From Candidatus Latescibacterota bacterium (GTDB lineage: Bacteria; Latescibacterota; UBA2968), in NCBI GenBank assembly GCA_965222605.1, contig OZ244960.1:1792001-1856000 (forward strand): a stretch of 64,000 nucleotides of DNA. Direction: 5' to 3'. Below the pieces are notes generated by a model. The model was not told where the DNA came from, did not search any database, and saw nothing but the letters and a program-made list of their open reading frames with translations. This document shows, piece by piece, positions 28,936 to 39,905 of the stretch. A program made the translations under genes and the position numbers. Each line of letters opens with the position of its first letter. Position 1 is the first letter of the stretch.

Positions 28936-31900
28936 TCAATCATCGTCAGCAGCATCGTAAGCCTCACCACCAGCGCGAGAGGCAAACACGCCCGCACCCA
29001 AACGCCGAATCGCCAGACGCAAATCGTCGAGCAAGGTATAAAACAAAGGTACGACCAGCAAAGTCAGAAATGTCGAGGCCAAAAGCCCGCCCATCATCGT
29101 GCGCCCCAAAGGCGCGTAAGGCGTACCCATTGCATTGCTATCACCCACAGCCATGGGCAGCAAACCAAATACCGTTGTAAACGTCGTCATCAAAATGGGG
29201 CGAAAGCGATTGCGCCCCGCTTCCATAATTGCATCAAAGCGATCCATGCCATCGGCACGCAAGCGATTGACCATATCCACCAGCACAATCGCATTATTCA
29301 CCACCACCCCAATTAACACAATCACCCCCACAGACGCCATTCCATCCATGGGCGTGTCTGTCAAATACAGCGTCCAGTAAATACCCAAAAAAGAAAATGG
29401 AATTGAAAAAAGCACTGAAAACGGCAAAATAAACGACTCAAACAAAACGCCCATCAACAAAAACACACACGTCACCGCCATCACAATTCCCAGTCTCTCA
29501 GAGGCTGCGTCCTCTTCAAGGCGTTTGAAACGCTCTCCCTTGTCCCACGAATACCCGCGTGGCAACTCGAGACCGGCCATCACTTTGTCAATCTCCTCGG
29601 CCAGGCCCTTAATATCTGCCCGCGTCGTATAAGCCCTGACACGCAACTTGACCTTGCCATCGTACCGCGAAATACGCCCCATACCCCGCGAGACCTGAAA
29701 AGAGGCGACCTCGCTCAAAGCCACTTCTGCACCATCGTCGGTCTCAAACGGAAAATTGCGCAACTGATTCAAATTTTGTCGGTCTGCCCTCTCCAAAAAA
29801 AGCCGCACCCGCACCTCGCCGTCATCGGATTTAAACCGGGGCAACGACACCCCTTGCAGGCCATAAGAAATATAGCGCGCAACATCCCGCACAGAAATCC
29901 CAAGCCGTTTCGCCCGTTCCCGATCAATCACGACCCGCACCTCGTCATCGGCAAGTTCCAAATCCGTGTCAATGCCGACGAGAGACGGGATTTGCCTCAA
30001 ACGCCGCTCCACCTCATCGACGAGACTGACCAGAACCTCGGTATCATCGCCCTCCAGATAAACCGACACGCCCGGCTCGCCACCACCGCCCCCATCGCCA
30101 CGCCCTTCCACGGAATGCCGCACACCCACATATTTGGGCATATTTTTGCTAATATCTTCCACGATCTCAGCCCGTTCCATTGGCCCTGCAACGGGTATCT
30201 CCAGTGCATTGCGCGCATTTTTGTACGCCACGTACCACCACGGGTTATCGCTTTTGGCCGGCATATACAAGCTCAGAGAAGCACGGCCTGGTCGATAAAA
30301 AATGCGCAGGGTTGCATAGCCGTATTTTTCGCGCCGCGCCTCCAAAAATTCCTCAACCTCTGCCACAATCGCTTCGGTTTCTTCTATCGAAAAGTGACGC
30401 GGCATCTTCAACCGCACGCTCAAATCGTTAAACTTGCCCCCGCGGTGGCGGTCTGCGCGCTTCAAATTATCCATGGGATACATCGTCGTAGCTGCAAGTG
30501 CCAGCGCGATCAATACCGCGTCCCGGCGGTGTCTCAATGTCCAACTCAACATGCGCGCATAAATTTCCCGCGCCTTCACAATGATTTTGGGATTGGGACG
30601 CACCCGACCTTTGCCCAATCGCACAGACGCCAGGGGAATAAATAACAGCGCCACAAATAACGACCCCACCAGAGCCACGCCAACCGGAACGCCCATGCGC
30701 GTCATATAAAAAGTCATAAACATATTGCCGCTAAACAACATCATCGGCAAAAATACCACCACCGTCGTCAACGTCGCCATAGTAATGGCCTGCCCCACCT
30801 CGCTCGCGCCAAATATGGCGGCATCTTCAGGCGCCTCGCCATTGCCCCGCCGGCGATAAATATTCTCCAAAATCACAATGGCATTATCCACAACCAGCCC
30901 AATCCCAACCATAAGACCCATCATAGTCACCACATTGAGCGACCAGCCGACAAAATACAACGCAGTCATCGCAATCATCACACACAGCGGGATAGCCAGT
31001 GTAATAATGGCCGTCATCCGCACAGTACGCAAAAAGAACAACAACACCAGCGCGGCAAATAGCCCACCCCAAAGCCCGGTCTCTTGAAGATTGCGAATCG
31101 ATTCCTTAATAAAAAAACCCTGATTGAACATCACCTGAAACGACACCTGCCCGGCCATGCGCGGATCTTCTTCAATGGTTTTCAATTTTGCCATGACGCG
31201 ATCGGTAACATCCACGACATTTGCACCCGATTCCTGTCTGATACCAAAACTAATAGCTGTTTTGCCATCAATGCGCTGCGTCCACGACTTTTCGGGCACC
31301 TCGAAAACCACTGAAGCCACATCGCCCAGGCGCACCTTGCCAGCCCGCGATTGAATCTGGATATTTTCAATTTCTCGCAACGTGACATACTGCGCCAGCG
31401 ACCGCACGTAAAATTTCTTTGTGCCTTCGCGCACATAGCCCCCGGCAAGCGCGAAATTGTCGCTCCTCAAGGTCGAAACAATCTCGCCAATGCGCACACC
31501 GCGCGCCCTCATGCGCTCTTGATCCACCTCCACCATCACTTCCTTGCGATCTGCGCCAAACACATCCACGCGCCCAACCCCGTCCACACGCTCCAAAGGA
31601 CGCTGCACAAAGGTCTCGATAAACTGAAAGGGTTCCGTAATGGCCTGATCCACCGACACAGCCACATACATAACAGACCACGAATCCTGATCGTATTGTG
31701 AATACGCACGTCGTCTCGCGCCTCTTCCGGCAGCAGAGGCTTGAGGCGCTCGAGCCGATCTGAAACCTGATTGTAGGCGGCCACCATATCTGTATATTGG
31801 CGAAATTCCATATGCACGCGCACACCCCGAGAGCTCGAGCTACGCATGGACTTAATACCCTTTACAGTACGCAGCGTCTCTTCCAGCGGCAGGGTGATCT

Positions 31901-32102
31901 GTTGATCGGTCTCCTGCGGAGAGGCATTGCGAAACCCAATGGACACAACCAAAAATGGCGGCGTCAAACCATTGGGCATCATCTTGACGGGCATACGCAC
32001 ATACGCCACCGCCCCCAGCACTAATAGCGCGATGAGGCACATGGTAACGGACACGGGTCGCAACACCGAAATACGCGGCAAAAGAGAAGATTTGGAATGC
32101 AT
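28936..32102 (-). pseudogene. AcrB/AcrD/AcrF-type RND permease split by a single-base frameshift
   Basis: ORFs 31536-32102 and 28936-31671 join if one base is added at ~31696 (CAC AA- TAC GAT CAG); VDNAIVILENI, RFRPILMTT. Confidence 0.85.
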
Positions 32103-32369
32103 GGTAAACTCAGTGGTTAGTTAGCGTCACCAGAGTATCGCTCTTAATTATCGAAGATTTGAACAAATTTGGCAAACAGAGTTTGTGATGCCCTGTCAGA
32201 TGTCCGTCGGTTAAAAAATTAAACAAATTAAAATTTCCCTTCTAATTTGAGTTGCATTCTAATATCATAAAGTACATAATTATTGCATAAGAGATTTGAA
32301 AACCATCAAGAAGACTATCTCCCTCAAAGAGAAATCGTCCAAATCTCCTCATTAACACAGGAGCATGCC

Positions 32370-33392
32370 ATGACTGACCAGATTGCAGAATTGCGCGTAT
32401 CCAACGACGCGATCAACGATACGGAAGAGTTGCGGCGGCGCATCCGCGAAGAGGGGTACCTCTTCTTTCGCAAATTGCAGAACCCGGACAAACTCTGGGA
32501 TTTGCGGCGGCAAATGCTCAACAGAATGACACCATGGCTCGTCGAGGGAACCGATCCCATAGATGGCATTGCCGATATATCCAGGCAGTGTACTGAAGGC
32601 GACCCCGAATACACCGACGTGTATCACAAAGTGTACAAACTCGAAGCCTTTCACCGCATTGCCCATGAACCAGAAGTGCTCGACTTGCTCGAAAAAGTAA
32701 TGGATGGCCCTGTTTTCTCACATCCGCACAAAGTCGCTCGCCTGTGGTTTCCCAAATACACGGCGCACACCACACCGATTCACCAGGACTTCGTACACTT
32801 TCAGGGAAACTTCGACACCTACACCTGCTGGGCACCTGTTGGCGACTGTCCCATTGAACTGGGTGGCCTCGCCGTACTGCCTGGCTCTCACAAAATCAAT
32901 GCAGTCATGGAACACCACTTCTCCCTGGGCGCGGGCAGCCTGTGCATCCACACCGACGAATTGGAAGGCCAATGGCACAGCACCAACTACGAAATCGGCG
33001 ATACCCTGATCTTTCCCGCACTCACGGTACATCAAGCCCTGCCAAATCTCACCGAAGACCGCCTTCGCGTCTCCCTTGACAACCGCTATCAAAAACTCGG
33101 CGACACCCTATCTGAGCACATGCTCGAACCCCATCTGAATATCTTCAACAATCTCACCTGGGAAGATGTGTACAAAGACTGGGAAACCGACGATCTCAAA
33201 TACTACTGGAAAAATCTAAACAATCGCATCATACCCCGCGACCTCAGCTATTCGGAGAAAGGTTTTGCAGAAGCACTCGAACTGGCTAAAACGGGAGATG
33301 AACGCGCACATATTGCTATGAAACGCGCTCTTCGACGCGATCCCAACTCACCTCAAGCCAAAGCTGCCAGGGAAGCCCTAACACTTATTTGA
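32370..33392 (+). CDS. Phytanoyl-CoA dioxygenase (PhyH) family protein
   Basis: HQD, GGLAVLPGSH, TVH.ALPN, R.SLD.RY; start ATG 32370 after AGGAG. Confidence 0.87.
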   Translation: MTDQIAELRVSNDAINDTEELRRRIREEGYLFFRKLQNPDKLWDLRRQMLNRMTPWLVEGTDPIDGIADISRQCTEGDPEYTDVYHKVYKLEAFHRIAHEPEVLDLLEKVMDGPVFSHPHKVARLWFPKYTAHTTPIHQDFVHFQGNFDTYTCWAPVGDCPIELGGLAVLPGSHKINAVMEHHFSLGAGSLCIHTDELEGQWHSTNYEIGDTLIFPALTVHQALPNLTEDRLRVSLDNRYQKLGDTLSEHMLEPHLNIFNNLTWEDVYKDWETDDLKYYWKNLNNRIIPRDLSYSEKGFAEALELAKTGDERAHIAMKRALRRDPNSPQAKAAREALTLI

Positions 33393-33440
33393 TCGGAACA
33401 GTATTTTAACACAACGCTTTTTTCACCAAGGAGGTTTTTT

Positions 33441-35045
33441 TTGAAGCACATTCGCAGTGTAGTTGTCATAGCTCTTGCCGCAGGACTGATGTGGAACTGC
33501 GGCGGCGAGCGCGTGACGCAGTCAGATACCGGGGCAGATGAGCAGGTTGCCCGCCCCCTGAGCAAATTGGCAGCACACCAGCACGCGGCACAGGCAGTGG
33601 TAATGGTCACTTTGCAGCAAGATGACGCACCAGTGAGCGGTGCAACCGTCTCATTTTCGCGCTCTGTTGCCGGACAGGCTCCAGACTATCAGTGGTCGGG
33701 CACAACCGATGAGAATGGTCAGGCGCGGGTACAAATCGCATCGGGTAATGGTTATTATCAAGCGAGAGCATCGCAGGACGGGATTGAGATCGGTTCCTGG
33801 TCGAGCATTCCAATCAACGCGGGCTACGAGGTCATGCTCAATTTGCCCATCGGAGGACAAGCACATGTGACCGGTTCATCCATGCGAGCCTTAGTCACGA
33901 TTGGCGAGGGCGAAGCCGTTCAAATCCGTTCGTTGCTCACACATACCATCGCGGCGTCGCTTGGTGTGCCGTCGCGGAACGCCATTGAGTTAGCCGTGCG
34001 TGACTTCGGCATGATCCACGGTCACGCGGTTGAACTCGGCGAGCCAATAGACGGCGGGTGTGGACCGGAAGGCGGACGCATGGGCGCAGAGCAGATTATT
34101 GCCGACCCGCAGGTACTGGGCGTCATCGGCACATCCTGCTCCGGCGCGGCTGTGGCGGCCTCACCGGTGATCAGTGCGGCGGGTCTCGTGATGATCTCGC
34201 CATCCAACACCTCGCCTTTGCTCACGTCCGACCTCGCAGGCAACACAAATCCCAACTATCACCCCGGCTATTTTCGCGTTGCCGTCAACGATCTCTATCA
34301 GGCGCGGGCTGTCGCCGACTTCGCATATAATGAATTGGGCCTGCGGCGCATGGTATCCCTCGACGACGGTGACCCGTACACGACAGCCCTCGTCAGCGCG
34401 TTTGGCGATGCGTTTAGTGCCATCGGCGGCGAGGTCGCGGTCAGTGCCCAAATCGAAAAAGGGCAGACGGACATGACATCCGTCCTCGCGGAATTTGCAA
34501 CAGCCACACCAGACGGCATCTTCTTCCCGCTCTTCGACGAGGAAGGCATACCTTTCGCCAAGCAGGCGCGGGAATTCGAAGGTCTGGAAGGCGCGACACT
34601 CATCACGGGTGCGGCCCTCCTCGATTCGAAGTTCCTCGCCACACCGCAGTCAGAGGGCATTTACGCTGCAGGACCGGAGACGGATCTCAGCTCAAATGTC
34701 AATGCTATAACCGGCAAGAGCGTAGATGAAGTGCTCGCCGCATACTCAGCCGCTTATGGCGGATTTCCAGGCACGCCTTACTGGGCGCACTCTTACGACG
34801 CCACAATCCTGCTACTCAGTGCCATCAAGACTGTTGCGAGGGTAGATGGCGGGAAGTTCACTGTAGATCGCAATGAGCTACGCCTGGAACTCAGCGCGAC
34901 ATCCGGCTTTCAAGGGCTTCTCGGCACGCTCACCTGCGACGATTTTGGAGACTGCGGCACCGGACGCATAAACATCTACCACCACACAGATTTGAACATT
35001 ACAGACCCCGCACAATTGCCCGTGGTCTATCGGTTCACGCCGTGA
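33441..35045 (+). CDS. Lipoprotein: carboxypeptidase-regulatory-like beta domain + LivJ-type periplasmic binding domain, copy 1
   Basis: Lipobox MWNC, PVSGATV..TTDENGQA..G.Y, then GVIGTSCS, ISPSNT, YFR...ND, YDA, G..G. Confidence 0.88.
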   Translation: MKHIRSVVVIALAAGLMWNCGGERVTQSDTGADEQVARPLSKLAAHQHAAQAVVMVTLQQDDAPVSGATVSFSRSVAGQAPDYQWSGTTDENGQARVQIASGNGYYQARASQDGIEIGSWSSIPINAGYEVMLNLPIGGQAHVTGSSMRALVTIGEGEAVQIRSLLTHTIAASLGVPSRNAIELAVRDFGMIHGHAVELGEPIDGGCGPEGGRMGAEQIIADPQVLGVIGTSCSGAAVAASPVISAAGLVMISPSNTSPLLTSDLAGNTNPNYHPGYFRVAVNDLYQARAVADFAYNELGLRRMVSLDDGDPYTTALVSAFGDAFSAIGGEVAVSAQIEKGQTDMTSVLAEFATATPDGIFFPLFDEEGIPFAKQAREFEGLEGATLITGAALLDSKFLATPQSEGIYAAGPETDLSSNVNAITGKSVDEVLAAYSAAYGGFPGTPYWAHSYDATILLLSAIKTVARVDGGKFTVDRNELRLELSATSGFQGLLGTLTCDDFGDCGTGRINIYHHTDLNITDPAQLPVVYRFTP

Positions 35046-35106
35046 TGATTTCTATGTTGAGACAAATTCGCAGTGAGACAACGCTTTTTTCACCAAGGAG
35101 GTTGCT

Positions 35107-36708
35107 ATGTTGAGACACATTCGCAGTATTGTTGTCATAGCTCTTGCCGCAGGACTGATGTGGAACTGCGGCGGTGAGCGCGTGACGCAGTCAGAGACCG
35201 GGACAGACGAACAGATTGGACGTCCCCTGAGCAAATTGGCAGTAGCCCATCACGCGGCGCAGGCTGTCGTCGTCATGGTCAATTTGCATCGTGATGGCGC
35301 ACCAGTGAGTGGTGCAACCGTCGCATTAGCACGCTCTATTGCCGGACAGGCCCCGTCCTATCAGTGGTCGGGTACGACCACTGACAATGGTCAGGCGTGG
35401 GTGGAAATCTCATCGGGCAATGGCTATTACCAGGCGCGTGCCTCACAGGACGGGGTCGAGATCGGTTCCTGGTCGAGCATTCCAATTAACGCGGGCTACG
35501 AGGTCTTGAATTTACCCATCGGAGGGCAAGCACAGGTGACCAGTTCATCCCTGCGCTCTTTAGTCGCGATTGGCGAGGCCGTACAAATCCGTTCGTTGCT
35601 CTCGCACACCGTCGTGCCAGGGCTTGCTGAGGGGTCGCGGTACGCCGCTGAGTTGGCCGTGCGTGACTTCGGCATGATCCACGGTCACGCGGTTGAACTC
35701 GGCGAGTCAATAGACACCGGGTGTGGGCCGGAAGGCGGACGCGCGGGCGCAGAGCAGATCATCGCCGACCCGCAGGTAGTCGGCGTCATCGGCACGAACT
35801 GCTCGTTTGCGGCTGTGGCGGCCTCACCGCTGCTCAGCGCGGCGGGTCTCGTGATGATCTCGCCGTCCAACACCTCGCCTGTGCTCACCTCCGACCTCGC
35901 CGGCAACGTGAGTCCCAACTACCACCCCGGCTATTTCCGCACCTCTAACAACGACCTCTATGAGGCGAACGCGGTAGCCGATTTCGCCTACGGTGAATTG
36001 GGCCTGCGGCGCCTGGTGGCCATAGACGATAGCGACCCGTACACCATGGGCCTCACCGTCGCGTTCGGCAATGCGTTCCGCGCTCTCGGCGGTGAAGTTG
36101 CGGCCACCGCCAGGATCGCGAAAGGGCGGACGGACATGACATCTGTCCTCACGGAATTCGCGGCAGCCGAGCCGGACGGCATCTACTTCCCGCTCTTCGA
36201 TATAGAGGGCGCGCCCTTCGCCGAGCAGGCGAGGAAATTCGACGGCCTAAAAGACGCGACACTCATCACGAGTTCGGCCCTCCTCCTGACAGAGTTCCTC
36301 GCCATGCCGCAGTCGGAGGGCATCTACTTTGCCGGCCCGGAGCCAGTGATTGGCTCAAACGTCAATGATGCCACCGGCAAGAGCGTGGACGAAGTGCTCG
36401 CCGCATTTGCAGCCACGTACGGCGGGTCTCCGAACACGCCTTACTGGGCGCACTCTTACGACGCCACAACGCTGCTGCTCAACGCCATCGAGACTGTTGC
36501 AGGCGAAGCTGGTGGAAAATTGTATGTAGATCGCACCGCGCTACGCGGGAAACTCCACGCGACATCCGGCTTTCAGGGTCTCCTCGGCACGCTCTCCTGC
36601 GACAATTTCGGAGACTGCGGCACCGGGCGCATAAACATCTACCACCACACGGATTTGAGCATCACAGATCCCGCGCAGTTGCCCGTGGTCTATCGGTTCT
36701 CGCCGTGA
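35107..36708 (+). CDS. Lipoprotein: same leader module + LivJ-type binding domain, copy 2
   Basis: Colinear paralog of 33441-35045. Confidence 0.88.
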   Translation: MLRHIRSIVVIALAAGLMWNCGGERVTQSETGTDEQIGRPLSKLAVAHHAAQAVVVMVNLHRDGAPVSGATVALARSIAGQAPSYQWSGTTTDNGQAWVEISSGNGYYQARASQDGVEIGSWSSIPINAGYEVLNLPIGGQAQVTSSSLRSLVAIGEAVQIRSLLSHTVVPGLAEGSRYAAELAVRDFGMIHGHAVELGESIDTGCGPEGGRAGAEQIIADPQVVGVIGTNCSFAAVAASPLLSAAGLVMISPSNTSPVLTSDLAGNVSPNYHPGYFRTSNNDLYEANAVADFAYGELGLRRLVAIDDSDPYTMGLTVAFGNAFRALGGEVAATARIAKGRTDMTSVLTEFAAAEPDGIYFPLFDIEGAPFAEQARKFDGLKDATLITSSALLLTEFLAMPQSEGIYFAGPEPVIGSNVNDATGKSVDEVLAAFAATYGGSPNTPYWAHSYDATTLLLNAIETVAGEAGGKLYVDRTALRGKLHATSGFQGLLGTLSCDNFGDCGTGRINIYHHTDLSITDPAQLPVVYRFSP

Positions 36709-36751
36709 TGATTTTTATTTTGCGACAACGCTTTTTTCTTGGGAAGTTTCC

Positions 36752-37021
36752 ATGTTTAGACACATTCGCAGTATCGTTGTCATAGCTCTCGCCGCAGGGC
36801 TGATGTGGAACTGCGGCGGAGAGCGTGTGATGCAATCGGAAGTCGGAACAGAGGAACAGATTGGACGTCCCTTGAGCAAATTGGCAGTAGCCCATCACAA
36901 AGCACAGGCTGTGGTCATGGTCACATTGCATAGTGATGGCACACCAATAAGCGGTGCAACCGTCGCATTTTCGCGCTCTATGCTCTCTGGCTTTTATCCG
37001 CAGGCACCAACAGACGGATAA
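36752..37021 (+). pseudogene. Third, truncated copy of the lipoprotein leader module
   Basis: Matches copies 1 and 2 up to GATVAFSRS, then unrelated MLSGFYPQAPTDG*. Confidence 0.8.
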
Positions 37022-37040
37022 CCCAGTTGATATAAAATAA

Positions 37041-37072
37041 AAAAAGCCGCGAGCATAACTCGCGGCTTTTTT
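37041..37072. terminator. Bidirectional intrinsic terminator
   Basis: AAAAAGCCGCGAG-CATAA-CTCGCGGCTTTTT. Confidence 0.85.
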
Positions 37073-37088
37073 ACATACATACCCTGAC

Positions 37089-39905
37089 TCAATCGCCCAC
37101 GCGCTGCAACCCCGGTCCCTTCTCGTAATAATAGCTACCCGGAAAAAACTTTTCATTGCCGGGCATCGATTCGACCAATCGCACCTCTGCCGCACACACC
37201 TTGTACTCGGCTGTTCCCGTCACCGCATCGCCCACATCATTCGTCAGCACATTGGCACGTGCCTCGGCAAAATGCAACGGCATCCAGATACATCCGGGTC
37301 GCACCTGCCGCGATAATACAGCCCGCAACTGAACACTCCCACGCCGCGTCGCCACCTCTACCATATCCCCGTGGCGAACACCCCGTTTCCGCGCATCGCT
37401 CGGATGTAACTCCACAAAAGCCTCGGACTGTTTTGCATCCAGTCCAGACTCTCGGCGCGTCTGCGTTGCGGCATTGTAGTGATACAGCGTGCGTCCCGTT
37501 GAAAGAAAAAGACCGTAATCTTCATCCGGCAATTCTGCCGGCGGGATATAATGCACGGACGTGAACAACCCCTTCCCGCGCAAAATCCCATCTTCGTGTA
37601 AAAATTTTGTACCCGGATGATCTGCATCAGAGCACGGCCACTGCAGGCCCGTTATGCTGTTTTCTTCTGCTACGCGATCTATCTTCTCCAACTTTTCGTG
37701 ACTGATACCGGCAAATTGAGGAACGTCTTTAACCATCTCGGCATACACCTCTGCTGGATCTTTGTACGACCAATTCGCGCCCATTTTATTCGCAAGCATA
37801 ACCAGAATTTCCCAGTCGGGAAGCGCTTCCCCAGGGGGTTCAACCGCTTTGCGAACCCTCTGCACGCGGCGTTCTGAATTGGTGAACGTCCCCTCTTTCT
37901 CGGCAAACACGGCGGCGGGCAAAATCACATCGGCAAAACGCGCTGTCTCATTCATAAACGCATCCTGCATCACGATAAAATCAACTTTATTCAATCCCTT
38001 TTCCAACTCGAGAACGTTGGGTTCGGACAATACAATATCTTCACCCATCACAAAAAAGCCGCGCATCTGTTCACCCACCGTCTTCATCATCTCATTGAGA
38101 TTCAGACCCGGCACAGGAGACAATGGAACCCCCCAGGACTTTTCGTATTTTGCTTGCACCTCGGGATCATCCACGCGCTGATAACCCGGATAAAACATCG
38201 GCGTGGCACCCGCATCATTCGCGCCCTGCACATTGTTCTGTCCGCGCAGGGGATTCATCCCGGTCGATGGTTTGCCCAAATGTCCCGTCATCAAAACCAG
38301 ATTTGCAAGCGCATACACATTGTCCGTACCGTGTGCGTGTTCCGTAATGCCCAGCGTATAATATATACCCGCTTTTTCCGTCGTTGCGTACTGCCGCGCC
38401 GTCCAGCGAATATCATCTGCTGAAATACCCGTTATCTGTTCCGCCTTTTCGGGTGTATAAGACGCAACGGCCTCTTTGACCTGCTCAAAATTTTCCGTCT
38501 GATTTTCGATAAACTCGCGATCGATCAAATCCTCTTTCACAATAACATGCGCCATTGCATTGAGCAACCACACATCTGTTCCCGGATTGAGTTGCAAATG
38601 CTTTTTCGCAATAGACGTCATCCATATTGCCCTGGGATCGGCGACAACGAGAGTCGCGCCTTTGCGAACAGCGCGCTTCATTTCCATAGCAATAATCGGA
38701 TGCGCTTCACTCGTATTGCTGCCAATCACAAACAGAAAATCAGCATCGCGTATCTCGCCAATTGAATTTGTCATAGCACCTGCACCAAACGTTTCGACCA
38801 GACCGGCCACAGTTGGCGCGTGTCACGTAGCCGCGCACTGATGGACGTGATTTGCCCGAAACAGTGCGCGCGCCATTTTCTGAACGAGAAAATTTTCCTC
38901 CATCGTACACCGCGACGAACTCACAAAACCCAGGGCATCTGCGCCGTGTCGCTCCGCAACGCCCAACAATCCATCCGCTGCTCTTTGAAGTGCATCGTCC
39001 CATGTGGTTGGATGCAATGCGCCATCATCTCCGCGCACCAGCGGCTGTGTCAACCGATCTTTGTGGTGAACAAAGTCATAAGCAAAGCGACCTTTGACAC
39101 ACAAATTGCCATCATTGGTCGTCGTGCCCGGCGGTGGACTAGTCACCTTGACGATTTGCCCCCCGCCATCTCGTCCTTCTAAATCCACATTGAGATCGAG
39201 CTGACAGCCCACCCCGCAGAAGTTGCAGGTTGACCGCACCTTCACCAATTCGCGCTCGGGTTTTTGCCCGCGTGTAAGGGGCAATTTTTCATTCATTGCG
39301 CCGGTTGGACACACATCAATACATCCACCGCACAACTCGCACGTCGTATCCAGCAGTGATTTTTCTTCCACCGTAGAAATCGTCGTATGCGACCCTCTAC
39401 CCGCAAGAGTAATCGCCGAAACACCTTCTACTTCCTCGCAGTAGCGCACGCATCGAGCACACGCAATACAGGTATCGGGATTAAAATCCACATAAGGATT
39501 GCGATCCTCTCTATCTCCCCGCATCGGCTGCATCCACCCCCAATCCATTGGGGCATCGAACTCAGCGGCCATATCCAGCAATAAATTCGGCGAACCGACT
39601 TCCGATATTTCGCGCTCGTGCGGATGATCCGTCATATACAAAGCCATCAGGGTTTGGCGGTGTCGATCAATGCGCTCATTCTCGGTCGTCACAACCATAC
39701 CGTCTTGCGCCATGCGCGCACAAGCCGGTGTCATCAATCGTTCTCCCGAAACTTCCACCAGACAAGAGCGACACGCACCCGCGGGTTCTAAACGCGGATC
39801 GTGACACAAGGTCGGAATTTCCAATCCCTGACGAGATGCAATATCCAGCAAGGTCTCGCCTTCGGCAAAGCACACCTTCTGTCCGTTCAATGTCAGTTCA
39901 TTCAT
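37089..39905 (-). CDS. fdhF: Selenocysteine-containing formate dehydrogenase alpha subunit (2Fe-2S + 4Fe-4S domains + Mo/W-bisPGD)
   Basis: Two track ORFs are one frame across TGA 38823-38825: HVHQCAAT-U-HAPTVAGL...GAMTNS; CNFCGVGC, LCVKGRF, PLRGQNNVQGA. Confidence 0.92.
38782..38822 (-). promoter_or_regulatory. Candidate bacterial SECIS hairpin
   Basis: Directly 3' of the UGA: lower stem GCGCCAA/TTGGTGC, apical GGCCG-GTC-TGGTC, resembling the E. coli fdhF SECIS. Confidence 0.7.
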
